Of a stretch of 64,000 bases of DNA, positions 51,681 to 64,000 are shown piece after piece. Each line of letters begins with the position of its first letter. Position 1 is the stretch's first letter. Below the pieces are notes generated by a model. The model did no database searches. It was not told the origin of the DNA and worked only from the letters and a program-made list of their open reading frames with translations. A program made the translations under genes and the position numbers. This DNA is from Phoronis australis (lineage: Eukaryota > Animalia > Phoronida): the NCBI GenBank assembly GCA_002633005.1, contig NMRA01000120.1, positions 432,423 to 496,422 of the forward strand, read 5' to 3'.

Positions 51681-53207
51681 ATATAGTGGTAATCAATGAG
51701 ATAAACGTAACTAGAGTTGACATCACGTGGTTTTCGTTGAGCGAGTCCGCCATCTTGCTGATGGACCAAGTTCGTCGAGATGCGTGTGTACTAGGAACGT
51801 ATATTGGTAACAGCACGGGATTTCAAATAAAAACTCATTGCTTTTATGTTAGGATCATCGAGTGCAAACTACGAGTTTTAGAAAATCATCCAAGAAAATC
51901 ATTGCATACTTGAGCACAGAATTAAAGGGCCTTAACACCTACCTTTAGTTATAGCAGAAAACATCAAAAATGAAGTTTGATTTCCAGTGTAAAGGTTAGA
52001 CCCAGAATCAATGATACAATTTTTGGTCTTTCTAGGTTTAAAAATTGAAACCGAAATAAAATTATTTTGTGGGTGAGAATCCGATCGCAGAAACAATATT
52101 GTTCAACTTCATTTGGTCCCTAGAACACCCACTTAAGTCCATGTTTTTTGAATTTTACTTGACTTTCCTTCTTCGTTCAATATATCTTTAAGGGTTTAGT
52201 GACCAAAATATCTGTTGTTTTCTAGCAATGAAGAAACACAAAGAGTGACTAAAAGATTAGTAGTTGTACATTTTTACTGAGTGGACACCATTTCGAAGAT
52301 TTGCTAAGAAAGAAGGGATATCCCAAGAATGCTACACCCCACAATGTTACATAATTGGGACAGTATTGAGATGAGTTGTTTCTGTAGATTTCAAGAGATG
52401 GGACAAATAATATGTAGCCTGGCAAGATATTCAAATCTGCAACTATTTTATTTATAATCTGTGTCCTCTTTAGGTATTATGCCTGGGTATGTAGGACAAA
52501 GCAGATAAAGTTTATGACCATTGAGTTCTGTCATATTTATTTTGTGGAGGAGTGTTGTCAATTTTTAATGTACAAGTAACATAATTGAGTGCCAGTAAAT
52601 TTCGATGTGATGTCTATGGTGGTAACATTATTGTAAATTGCCATACAGGTTCTCGTTTACACTACTGTTGATGAACTTACTAATATCATCGATTAGTCGA
52701 TGCAGGTATAGTACACTGAGCTACCAAAACCTAAACCCTAGTCAGCACCCTTTAGGTTATGTGAAAAAATCATGCAGTCAAGAATGTTATGAAGGGTTTA
52801 TATGAAAGCTGTCACAGTTTCCATTTCTCACGCAAATCACGAACTGAACTTTTGCCAAAGCCGTTCACAGTGTCTGCTTTCGCTCACAAAGCACACAATG
52901 GGTGGATGTAAAAGATACCGACTTGCACTTTATGACCCAAGTCAGTTTTAACTTTGCACATGGTTTGTTGTCTCAGAGAACATCACGTTTCTTAATCCAA
53001 CAATGAGACCAGAGTACCGCCGGAAAACAGTCAACACTCAAAAGTTTTAAAATAACCGTTTCACATTAGTTAGTAAGGGTCCCTAGCGGATCATGAGTGA
53101 CCGCTAATGATTATTTGGCTGGATTGGTTGTCCTCTTTTGATCATGAAGATAAAATTTACAGCTTATCGTATGTTGAATGGGGTTTCAGTATCTGCAGAT
53201 GTACTGA

Positions 53208-54180
53208 CAGTGGCGGATCTAGGATATCACAAGGGGGGCCAACATTTTGTCCGGCTGTAAGCATTTGCGCAAACTTCGATTTTAGATGCGTATAGCACCG
53301 AATGGGGAGAAATTTTTCTGTTTTTTCCTCTAAAATTCAAGCATTTTCCTTGATTCCTGAAGTATTATCCAAGAAAAAAAGCAAAAAAAAAACAAAAAAA
53401 CAAGAACGTGTCAAACAGGAAAAACTGCAAGTTCCACAGACTCGAACTCACGACCTGGCGGCTAGAGCGCGCGTGCTTTACCACTATACCACCACAATTT
53501 AACTACTAACCATATACTAAGAGACCAACTTGTTTACGGTCCACAGCGTTTGCGCGCGAAACCTACTTCTTTTTGTAATGCTTATTACACGTTTTATATT
53601 TTGCCGTGCCATCAATTCTTAACAAATTTGTCGTATTTAAAATAGTCTTCAAATGCCCAAAAGACCAAATCCGTTTCTCGTGTTGGCAATAATGACGGGA
53701 TTGCTTTGGAAATCGTCTTAAGATAAGGTTTGACAAAGAGAGTGTTGCGAGTTTCTGAGTGATTCACTAAGGCTTCGATTAAAATTCACATCTTACCAGC
53801 AGCTTCTGTTTTTTCATCGTCAATCAGGTTCCATTTTCTTTAAAAAATGAAATAAATTTTCTTCATTGCACAGTGGAGCAGACGACGGAAACGGAGTCGT
53901 AGTGCGCAGCGCCACTGCCGGTCGCCTGGGATATCGCGGGAGAGCCTATACTTAGCCATAGTTCCGTCAGGAATGCACCGTGTTCCAAATTTGACACTTG
54001 AAATTGGATTTGAGCCCCCCAACACTAATACTGCACACGTTTAAATCTTTTTTCATCCGTATAATTTTAATTACCGGGGTTAATTAATAAACTCACCATT
54101 TCCCTACGCTCTGGCTGTTTTATTTTTTTGCGGCAGCCAAGGGGGGGGGGGGCCCTAGGCCCCCCCTAAATCAGCCTATG
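53208..54180. mobile_element. 973-bp non-autonomous element (family C) with 5-bp TSD ACTGA
   Basis: actga|cagtggcggatctagg...cctaaatcagcctatg|actga. Confidence 0.85.
53431..53495 (-). other. tRNA-derived (SINE-head-like) Pol III module inside family C
   Basis: The minus strand reads gtggtggtatagtggtaaagcacg...gtgagttcgagtc (A box and B box). No intact cloverleaf. A second copy lies at 46712-46776. Confidence 0.65.
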
Positions 54181-55940
54181 ACTGATGTGACAGCACTGGG
54201 TCAGACAGTTGTGTGTACAATCTACTTGCACGGTCCACGTAATGGCTAGTACTATAGACAAGCGTGAACACGACCAATGTGGTAATTAGGAATACCTCCC
54301 AATAACAGAAAATAACCTTTGTCCCTGTAGGACACTGAAAGCAAGTTAACCTGGCCATTAAAACGTTATTATTACTGCGTTTTTTCTTAACATATAAAAT
54401 GTTTTATGACTCTTTACAGTGAGCACAGAAAATAAATCTGGCCATTACTGTAAAATTTTCTTAACATTTAAAATGTATTATGACACTTTACATGAGCATA
54501 GAAAAATAAAGAAAACAGGAGTCAGGAGTAACCCAAATCATGCAATTAATTCAATAGAGGGAGAAACATAACTGAAATGGCCTCTAGTGTGTTTTGAAAG
54601 ACCTGAGCCATCCCCTCATTAATAAAAATAACAACAGATGCTCAATTTCATGACAAATGGAATAGTTTGGCAGAAAACAAGGTAGACCCAAAAAATTCAG
54701 TACAAGTGCGATTTGTCCAAAAATTAGCGTGTATCATTACTGGCTGGACAGACAATGTAAAGGATATGGTGGACATGCTGCTAAGATGGAGTGCAATTGT
54801 CAGGTATAGATTTTGGTCTTTTTTCACCATTTGGACTTAAATTTTGAATGTCATTTCAGGTTAAGTTTGTACAAGTTTCAAACTGATAATACTATGATCA
54901 GCATGAAAACTGGCATGATTTTAAAGTCTGCAAATACAGCGACCCCGGGTAGGAGCTGACAATCAGCTGACTTCCCCTATCCTAAAAGATGAGATCTCTG
55001 GGTATCATCCAATCCTTCAATAATTTTTGCTACCTTTCACCCACAGGTGTGGCAGAAAAACAAGTGGATGTCAAAAACAATAAATTTTCACTATGGGGTG
55101 CACATAAAATCACCTGAAAAGTGTCAGGTTCTGTCTCATATTTAATGCAAATGTATGTACTGAACTTCCTTAAGTGGTCTATCAGATCTTTTACACAGTT
55201 TGACAGATAGAGAGGCACATGCAAAAAAACTCCCACAAGGGGCCCATCACTTCTAGTGGGATCCTTTCAAAAATGAATGGATGTGGTAGCGCGATCATTG
55301 GCAATAGTATCAAAGCCAAATTTTGTGAAGATCCAGAATAGGTAGATATTGAGGCTGACATAATGTAAAAATTAAGATTGCCTCTAAGTGCATATCGGCA
55401 ACCATATCAGCAGCCAGATCCTATGGAAATATGATGTTACCTGAGTTATCTTTGACAGGTGGAATATAATCAGATAAATTTTATAACAAAGTGTTTAGGA
55501 CATAAGCTGAGTACACCCGAAACCCACCCAGCGACATGCATCCACATAACATGTACACATGGGTAGATAATAAACATAAGATACAACAAATCATTTAAGG
55601 TTAAAAGGATGCTGTAGAGTTCACAATTTTCCATAAAGCGGGAAATCTAAATCTAAGATGCCGCGAGAAAAAGGATGAATGCGGTGCTTTATTATTAATG
55701 GTTTATTATTAATAGTTTGAGATGTGCCTATGGAAGGAATGGGGAAGTAGTGTGGATAAGCTCAAATACAAACAGTCAGGCATTACAACTATGCCGCGAG
55801 AATTGACATATTGTAGCACAAGTCAAAAAAGCAGGATATTTGAAGGGTGTTATGGACCAAGCTTCAAAAAGCAGGACTGTCCAGCCGAAAATGGGAGAGT
55901 TAGCAACAAAGAATTATTGCAAAATGAGTAACAAAAAGCC

Positions 55941-56636
55941 TCATCCAATATCTGAGTAGTTTATCGATTGGTACAGGACACTCTCACTGTGTCCCGTGTT
56001 CTCAAACGTCTCTATGCCTTTCTTTCTACAACTTGTACACCCTCTCAATACACACTCGGCAATGTTCACGAGAATTCCAGAGACAAGAACTACAAACCAC
56101 AGTCTACAGGCGGAGTCTTTTATCATGTTTCCTGTGAGCATGAAGCACAATTCCTGACGCTGTGAGAAAACAGCTACAAGCACAACAAAGGCCGAAACTG
56201 CCAAACAAGAGAGGAGACTCAAAACAAATCCAATGTGAGATCTGGTTCTACGGCAACATGGTCTTTGATCCAGCTGCATACAACATGACATACAAAAAAC
56301 TCGAATGACGAACGATATAATCAAGCCCAGAAGATTAATTCCGGATAATACACAACCTACTCCAAGTATCCAAAACGGGCATTTAATGTGAAAATATTCC
56401 TCGAAATTTGTCCAGTTCCAGCAGAAACTTTTATTACTTTCTGGCCTGATGTGCTGTGTGGCAAACGGAAAGTAACCGAAGACAGTGGAATAAGCTGCAG
56501 TGCATAGGATGGAAGTCACCAACAGAAGGAGCTGTATGGCACGAGGATTACAACCACTGCAGGGTACAATACAGCACTGCCTAGTCCGTGTCGCCCTCTG
56601 CTGGAGTAAGGAATGCTTCTCACTTGGCAAGGACAT
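55941..56636 (-). CDS. Uncharacterised Cys-rich four-transmembrane protein (231 aa)
   Basis: Longest ORF in the window, with four hydrophobic segments and NxS/T sequons (NKS, NWT) in loop 1. A strong splice acceptor (tttttttcaag) lies 13 nt upstream of the ATG, and AATAAA signals occur on - near 55690-55708. Confidence 0.8.
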   Translation of the reverse strand: MSLPSEKHSLLQQRATRTRQCCIVPCSGCNPRAIQLLLLVTSILCTAAYSTVFGYFPFATQHIRPESNKSFCWNWTNFEEYFHIKCPFWILGVGCVLSGINLLGLIISFVIRVFCMSCCMQLDQRPCCRRTRSHIGFVLSLLSCLAVSAFVVLVAVFSQRQELCFMLTGNMIKDSACRLWFVVLVSGILVNIAECVLRGCTSCRKKGIETFENTGHSESVLYQSINYSDIG

Positions 56637-57621
56637 CCTTCGAAACGATCTTGAAAAAAAGATAATAAAAAGAAAAGTAAATAAAACATTCCCTAGAACA
56701 CTTGAAATTACAATTTAACTGGAATCCAGGAATCTTCACAGCAAAACTGCAGTATTGTCCATTGGAATAAGTTCTATTTACATTACGAGCTGTTCACTGT
56801 TGATGACGACATACTCCATCAGCAGTTAAACAAAATAGTTTAAGGTCAATATCAAATACTAGGAACAACACATGTAGCTGTATTAATTTGCAAACCATAC
56901 ACCAAGAATCTTTGCACAACTGAAAAGAAAATTAAGGCTTTGCTGAAACAACTTCCTGGTTCATAACCGTCTCTCAGTTACTTTCCATGATTACACTTGG
57001 CTTAATTTCTCCACAAAATACAATGCTAGGCATTGACCTGTAGAGAGTGGATAGCCAAATTTCTCAAAACCACTGCTCTCAACACCATTGCTTTAATTTG
57101 GTATACTGTTGTATACATTTGTTTTCTTACAATGACATAACTATCAAATTATAAAGAGCTTTTTTAATTTTCCCAGTTAGATGCAAACAGAAATCTAAAT
57201 ATACTAAGTCAGTTTGAAATCAAAACTGCAGCTCTGATGGTGGACAGCCTACGAAAAAGTCAATAGAAATACAAATAGTACATTAAATAATAACAATGTA
57301 CTGAATGTTCACAAGACTCGGTTGACGCATCTTCACAGAACAATATATTGCATATAAAAAACTTCCAATATGACACCTATTATGGAAAATGGAAAGATTT
57401 ATCAAATTTAGCGGTTGCGTGTTTTAAGATGTCTTAGTGTGGACTTCGCTTGACCTAAAAGTTGGGCCCACACTAAGACATCTCACAGTTCAAATGTCAT
57501 GACGACAGAGATGACACTAGCTGAAAATCAACACCCACCTATATATGAAGCCATGGCTTGACAAATAATAGTTGGAGACTCAAACTTAATGGTTAATGCC
57601 GCAAGAACTTTCCATCTAAAT

Positions 57622-57699
57622 ACAGGCGTCTTCAGCTTCTGATCATCCCCAATAATACATATAGTGTATTGGGGACGATCAGAAGCTGAGAATGCCTGT
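57622..57699. repeat. Short palindrome (about 33-bp arms)
   Basis: acaggcgtcttcagcttctgatcatccccaata is mirrored by tattggggacgatcagaagctgagaatgcctgt. Confidence 0.85.
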
Positions 57700-57988
57700 G
57701 CTTCAACATAGGTAATTCTATTTCTGTGGACAATTTGAAAACAAACTTTTTATGGAACCGTTTTGTAAATAAAATTGACAGTGTAGACGACATAATTATG
57801 TACTGTAATATAGCAGTGGGCATCTGAGTATGAACTAATAGATTTGTCAGGAGGAAATGAAAATTGAGAGACCATTTTAGTGACATTCAGACAAACCACA
57901 TGCAGGTATTATGCTAGGTGCCATAACTCAGTGTTTGACGTTACTGGTTACTTTATTTCATTAATGGCAAAGTGAACCAGTTGAGCGG

Positions 57989-58099
57989 CATCCACAGGCA
58001 TCTGAACTGGACTCAGAGACTGTAGCACTATCTACCACATCCACAGGCGTCTGACTTGGGCTCAGAGACGGTAGCGTTATCTACCACACACCACAGGCG
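57989..58099 (+). repeat. 49-bp tandem duplication
   Basis: catccacaggc.tctga.ct.g.ctcagagac.gtagc..tatctacca occurs twice, followed by the start of a third unit. Confidence 0.8.
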
Positions 58100-58141
58100 T
58101 CCTTGGCTTCTGATAGTCCTCATTACACTATATAATAATTA

Positions 58142-59052
58142 CAAGGTATGACACTCCGGACTAGAAATTCCATGGGTGCTTCACTTCAGCCGTCCATAGC
58201 AAAAACAAAACTCAATAAATTTTCAAAAAACAGAGGTTCAACAAACCATGAGGAATTGTTCTTTCTCCCAATACCATTTTCAGTGTCCAGCTTCACCGAG
58301 TTCGCAACCAATTCGCAGTCAAAGCACAAAAATCTTCCGAAAAAGTCGCTGCACACCAGCATTATGCTACACGGAAATTGTCAGTTTGTCACGGAAGGTC
58401 ATGACATAAATAACTCCACTTAGCCTGACCTGATTTCGTAACCTTCTGTGGTGAACCGGCAATTGTCGTCGATTCGCAACTCATCGGATTATTCCGTACC
58501 CTACTCGACCTTGACCGCTTGAAGCATATTGCTAGTGTGCAGCGATTTTTTGAGATTTTTGTGCCTTGACCGCGAATTTGTTGCGAACTCGGTGGAGCAG
58601 GACACTGTAAATGGTATTGGCAGAAAGAACAATTCCTCATGGTTTGTTGAACCCGTTTTATGTAAATTTATAGAGTTGTAGTAAATGTCGACGTCAGTCT
58701 CAGCTGTGGCGTCTCTATGTTGTGATGTCCTTTTCGTTACAATGTTGGTCTTGGCCTGGTGCGACACCTGACGCCACAAGTGCCCAGCAGAGGTCACACT
58801 GTCATCACGTGACCAGTCACCTCTCAAGACCATGTGACAAGATCGTCTGGGCCTTCTGGAGTTTGTGGCCGTCCTGTGCAGACGTGATGTAAGTATACAC
58901 TCTAGACTTTGCTCTTCACCGTGTTCAATAGGCCGAACCTGTTTAACTGTAGCAGTAGCTACAGCCATAATAATTCAACAGAGTTTTGTGTTTGCTATGG
59001 ACGGCTGAAGTGAAGCACCCGTGGAATTTTTAGTCCGGAGTGTCATACCTTG
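58142..59052. mobile_element. Tc1/mariner-type MITE (about 70-bp TIR, TA TSD) containing an internal foldback (about 58227-58659)
   Basis: TA|caaggtatgacactccggacta...tagtccggagtgtcataccttg|TA with internal inverted arms of about 140 bp. Confidence 0.85.
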
Positions 59053-59904
59053 TAGTATATATATAGTGTATTGGGGACGATCAGAAGCTGAGGACGCCTG
59101 CGCCACACACCACAGGCGATGCACTGCCAACTGTCCTTACCTGCTACTACTAGTACTAGTACTACTATTACGCCTATATACGCCTTACTAACTTGGTTGG
59201 TTAAGACGTCTTCGTTCCACGCTGATGTTGTCTTGTCTTCATTTAAATGAGCTAAGCATAGAGTCACCTAGTTGTGTTATAATGCGTCGGGGTTCTTCGC
59301 TAAGCTACTTTCGCTTCCCAGTCCCCTCTACCCCTGGTTCCAATCACTCAGTACCGTGCTTCGTTGTTTACGATTGGCAATCATGTGACTTTGTACCATT
59401 GCAATAGAACTATTATCTTTTTCGGCCAAAAATAGTAGTTAAGATATGTGCTGAATAATAAAGGAATCCGTGAATTTCATTGTCAAAAAATGCTATTAAT
59501 GAACTTACAATAGATTTTCTAAGTAGTTGAATTAACGTGCCTCGGTTGATGGTACTGTTTTATTACCCTTGAACAAATTGTTTTGGTAACATGGCGGACA
59601 ACAAGAGCGTAGTGTTCTAACTGAACATTTAGAATCGACGTTATTCAGCATACAATGGTCAGTATCCATCACGTTTTTTCTTTTAAGTGGAATAAACCAT
59701 TAAGAAGATCGTGGCTTCCAGTGAAGCCCATTCTTTCTCATGGATTCTTTTCAATTTGAAGTTGAACTTTTGTTTGACAACCGGTAAAACTGTCTGTTGA
59801 GTGCAGTGCAAGCAGACTTGTATCCCCGACATGTCGACCGTTCCGTAGACCAGCGTAGACGTAGAGACGGGACCGTAGGAAGAAGAAAGCAAAATTCGGA
59901 TTTT

Positions 59905-60560
59905 GGTTATTGTTTACAATCCGACTCCGTTAACGTACATGCTTGATACTACTATTTTCTGAATCCTCTAGTCATGGTGATTGCAAAAATGTATCATTTG
60001 TGCTGATTGGTCGATTATTAATCACAATTTCCAAGTTTTTCCAAAGTGTTCATTTGCAATGCGGATTTAGTGAGGCAGCTATTTTTGAAAGTGTGCTACC
60101 TGTCGGCAGGATTGATAACTAACGGTTAACCGCAAAATGTCAAGTGTTTTCGAGGACGTGTTTTCGAGGACGACATCTGTCCGCGAGAACACACTCTCGT
60201 GTTTTTTGTAATGAAGTTTTGAAGAAAGAATCCTTTATAAATGACCATTACTGTTTTTTACTCAGAGTTTCCCTCACATGCCATGCGGTATCTTCAACAT
60301 ACTAGCCAATTTTAGGGTCTTTTTAACATCGTTGTAATTATCAATCCTGCCGACAGGTGTCGCAGTTTTGTAATGGCGGTCACTTCAGATCGGCTGCCGC
60401 AAATGAACACCTCGTAAAAACGGTGAATGCATGAATAAAAAGAGCCTAATCGGTTCGAGTAATACATTTTTGGAATCACCATGATCACCCTGACGAGAGG
60501 ATTCAGAAAATATTAATATCAAGTATGTATGTTAATGGAGTCGGATTGTAAACAATAACC
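59905..60560. mobile_element. Foldback MITE with long TIRs and about 8-bp TSD (Merlin- or Mutator-like)
   Basis: cggatttt|ggttattgtttacaatccgactcc...ggagtcggattgtaaacaataacc|cggatttc. The arms are traceable for about 200 bp. Confidence 0.85.
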
Positions 60561-60862
60561 CGGATTTCAGATGGAAAATTCAGAACACAGATATTGTTAC
60601 AACAAGACTGTAATTCATTAGCCGCTGGTATTTTCTGAGTTCTCTTTTTATTGATTCCGACAGGACAGTGCATAAAATCTGCTCTTTTGGGTAAACATGG
60701 AATAAGCAGGCCCCACTTTATAGTGGCTTCCAGGAATCGATTTCATTGAATATCAGCCATTGCAGCCATCTTGAAGAGGGATCCATCAACTTTTTCCTAA
60801 ATTTTTCCAGAATCTGCATGAATTACCTTTTTACGGTGGTCTTCATTTTCATTGTGCTACAG

Positions 60863-61039
60863 AATGATAGCTGGACACAAAAGTCACAATCATGCTGTTA
60901 GGACTATTAATGATAGTTGAACACAAAAGTCACAATTATGCTGTTAGGACTATTAACGATAGTTGGACACAAAAGTCACAGTCATGCTGTTAGGACTATT
61001 AACGATAGCTGGACACAAAAGTCGCAATCATGCTGTTAA
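60863..61039 (+). repeat. 46-bp minisatellite, about 3.8 copies
   Basis: aatgatagctggacacaaaagtcacaatcatgctgttaggactatt repeated. Confidence 0.95.
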
Positions 61040-61181
61040 GAAATACTGTATTCCCCAACAGAATATTTTATTGGTGACTTGCACCTGTGCTGATGTTGTT
61101 TTCTTGTTCGATTTTCCTGTACCAATATAAAATTAAATGTGCTATCCTGACCTTATCCCTTACCCCAAACTGAGGAGAGTG

Positions 61182-62089
61182 TAGGCAATGACCATCGCCT
61201 CTGTTGGCCCGAATTAGAGGCGATGCAGAGGCTATAGGTGCTCTGTACGCCGGAAGCTTTTCGGTGACTTATGCCTCGCACTGACTAAACCATCAAAGTC
61301 ACGTTGTTATAAATACATTTTGCGCATAGAGGAACACCTGAGGAGGTTGTCGATGTGTTTAATTCCTTCCAACTCGAACAAATACTCCCATTATCAAACT
61401 TTTTCTTCGAGCAGTCCCTATTTCAGTTCCCAAAATCGTGAACTCACCAAGTTTTACCGCGCTTGCTAGGTGATGTGACTTCATGACCTCAATCTTTAAA
61501 TAGGCCAAAGGTGAGCCATTGCAGTCTTGTCAGTCAAATGTTCATTTCCAAAATGCCACCACTTATACTTGTCTTTAATTGGCGTTACTTGAAACTGATT
61601 ATATTTCAATGAATTATTGTTTGTATTTGATAAAAATAAATGCTGTTGATATGACATTTAATAGTCTTTGTGCAAATATTTGACATTTTAATGTTTAACA
61701 ACACGGCAAATGCACGGCTGGTTCCTGGCAGCACGTACGCGAAGGGCGGGAACTTCAGCTTTCATAGTTCGCCGGTAGGTCCGCAACTTCTGACCTTCGG
61801 CCTGGTTAAAAAAATGAAAATGTTGATTTCACGATTTTGGGAACTGAAATAGGGACTGCTCGAAGAAAAAAGTTTCATAACGGGAGTATTTGTTCGAGTT
61901 GGAAGGAATTAAACACATCGACAACCTCCTAAGGTGTTCCTCTATGCGCAAAAGGTATTTATAACAATGTGACTTTGATGGTTTAGTCGGTGCGAGGCAT
62001 AATTCGCCGAAAAGCTTCCGGCGTACAGAGCGCCTATAGCCTCTGCATCACCTCTGGTTCGGACCAACAGAGGCGATGGTCATTGCCTA
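61182..62089. mobile_element. Mutator-like foldback MITE (about 260-bp TIRs, 9-bp TSD)
   Basis: aggagagtg|taggcaatgaccatcgcctctgttgg...ccaacagaggcgatggtcattgccta|tggagagtg. The arms are about 61182-61443 and 61828-62089. Confidence 0.9.
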
Positions 62090-64000
62090 TGGAGAGTGTA
62101 GTCCTAACCCAAAGACTAAGAGGCAAAAGCCCTAACCCTTAGATTGAAGACTAGATTGTTTGAAGTGGGCTGTAACAGTTACATTCAGTGAATAGCTAAG
62201 GAGTTTTGTACATATACACAAGCTGTTTTGACTTGCCACTCCATAGGGTTTGAATTATGTTGTGGCTTACTTGCATCTAGTTTGAAAACGTGTGTAATGA
62301 GTTTGCAGACATTGGTCTTTTCTTAAGCATTTTGGACATTTTGTACCAATTCAATGCACAACTTACCCACAGCACGGACATTTTGAATTTTTGAACATGT
62401 ATATGAATTTTGAAATTCCAGTAAGTTGAGTTTGAATTTTCTGCATGAGTATTTCTAGATGAATAAATCCTATGTGTCTGAACAACATGTAGAAAACACT
62501 CATTTAGTGCAGTATACATAAGGTAATTCTTCCCTCGTTTTGCTAAAAAATAATTTCCAAAGTACTTATTTTCCATTTTTCTAAAGCTGATTGGTTTACA
62601 CAAAGTAATGAAGGTGTTACCAAAAGTTGTGCTTGTGACATCTTCACAGTACAAACCATGGTAGTAATAGACTAAAAATTTTTCAATCCTTGTTTTTGTG
62701 GAGAAATTTGAAAACAGAATTGCATTAGGTGGCCAAATTTTGTGTTAGATAAGTGAAGAATTATCTCTTATCCAGTGTTTTTATCATGTGGATTTAAAAT
62801 TTCTAGCAATTTTGTTAAAGTTAAACATGAATGAGTATAAGTTAAATATGATGACAACTTGCAGTTTGTGTAATGTGGTGTAAAACATTCAGTGGACGGA
62901 TGACACTTTTCATGTGTTTTCTGGTCCAGACTTTCTAACATCATGTGGAAAATCCTAGTCATGGTCTAAACATTAATGATGTGAAACGAGGCTTGGTTTC
63001 CAGTCATTATGGTGTTTTCCTATTGCTCCCAACTTGATTCTATAGCCCAACAACAAGTTGGGAAGTTTACCCCTGTAGCCAATATCTTACACGACTGATT
63101 AACTCCATTCTGGCATTTATGGTTGGCGGGCCAGCTCTCTTTTCTTCGATAATTGCTCTATCTCCCATAAGATAGTATCTACCCTGACTGGGCTATGCTG
63201 TTAAAAATAAAAGTTAAGTTATAACATATTTGAAAATAAACCAATAGCATTTCCGAAATCTTCGTCAAATGGTGATCATGTTTAGTTTTTGAATCGCCAA
63301 AATCACCCAACTGCAACCGAAGTTACGACAATCTATTTTTTCCGAATACACCAATTCACTCTGAGTTTGACTGTGTTTACACATGGTCTGTAATAAGCCT
63401 GGTAGATAATTGGCCTGCTTGTAGTCATAACAGTCAAAAGAGTGTGCTTGGCAGTTACCAAAGAACCTAGATGTTATCACACCCTCAGAACCTACTAAGT
63501 CTGTTAAAGCCACTGAACGGGAAAACGCTGTCATGCATAACGATGCAATTCTAAAAAATCAGCTACGATTGATACGAATTGACCTAATTACAGTAGGATT
63601 GTAGAACTTCATCAAAATTGATGATTTTTTGACAGCTCAGTCTTTTTTAATTGCTAGTACCCTGAATAATCAGATTGGGAATAGAACTGAGGTGTGAGAC
63701 ATATAGTCGGTGGGCCAGATTTTGTAGGGCCTCTAGAAAATGGTTTTTGTGAGTACTTCAGGGGGGCAATTTTATTTTGGTGTTTTTTGATTCATTTATT
63801 AGAGTGTTTCCAAAATCTAAAAAGTTCCCACATATAAAGTTGCACATTTTTGAGAAATTTGAGTTTGAAGTTACCTAATAATCACCAAAGAGCTTAGTAA
63901 ACTTATATTTGTAAAAACAACAGTTTTGGTGACTTTTTTGTAAAACAAGTAATATGGTCCCATCAGTGCCATTGTATTGAACAATATTACACTCACATTA

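Noticed and set aside
53431-53495. Possible tRNA gene
   Set aside because: A and B boxes are present but the acceptor and anticodon stems do not pair. It is embedded in a repeat.
58501-58968. 155-aa minus ORF, and 58148-58423 sharing STNHEELFFLPIPF
   Set aside because: The shared peptide arises from the two arms of an inverted repeat inside a MITE.
60863-61039. Regular repeats resembling a CRISPR array (also 14059-14205)
   Set aside because: Head-to-tail minisatellites with no unique spacers and no cas genes, in a eukaryotic context.

Overview
AT-rich, repeat-laden genomic DNA from a bilaterian invertebrate (probably a marine protostome; this is inferred from the NR1J receptor and the repeat types). 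It is a draft assembly with single-N joins at 10891, 31948, 42386, 44786 and 50760. Three protein-coding genes are supported. (1) A six-coding-exon NR1J/HR96-type nuclear receptor on + (4657-18628, about 469 aa, P-box CESCKA). (2) A two-exon nanos on - (36948-35961, about 205 aa). (3) An unidentified Cys-rich four-pass membrane protein on - (56636-55941) with endo-lysosomal sorting motifs at both ends. The rest is mostly non-autonomous transposons: two Penelope-like remnants with hammerhead-like 3' motifs, a Helentron/HINE-like element whose satellite core repeats a CTCF-like motif, a THAP remnant, TA-TSD Tc1/mariner-pogo MITEs, several CA...TG MITEs with 5-bp TSDs, and long foldback elements. 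I see no clearly new complete system. The best leads are a decayed, short-intron antisense gene inside receptor intron 5, the orphan membrane protein, the CTCF-like array in intron 2, the triplicated splice donor at a Penelope fold-back junction, and nested palindromes at 57.6-62.1 kb. All coordinates and translations were read by eye.
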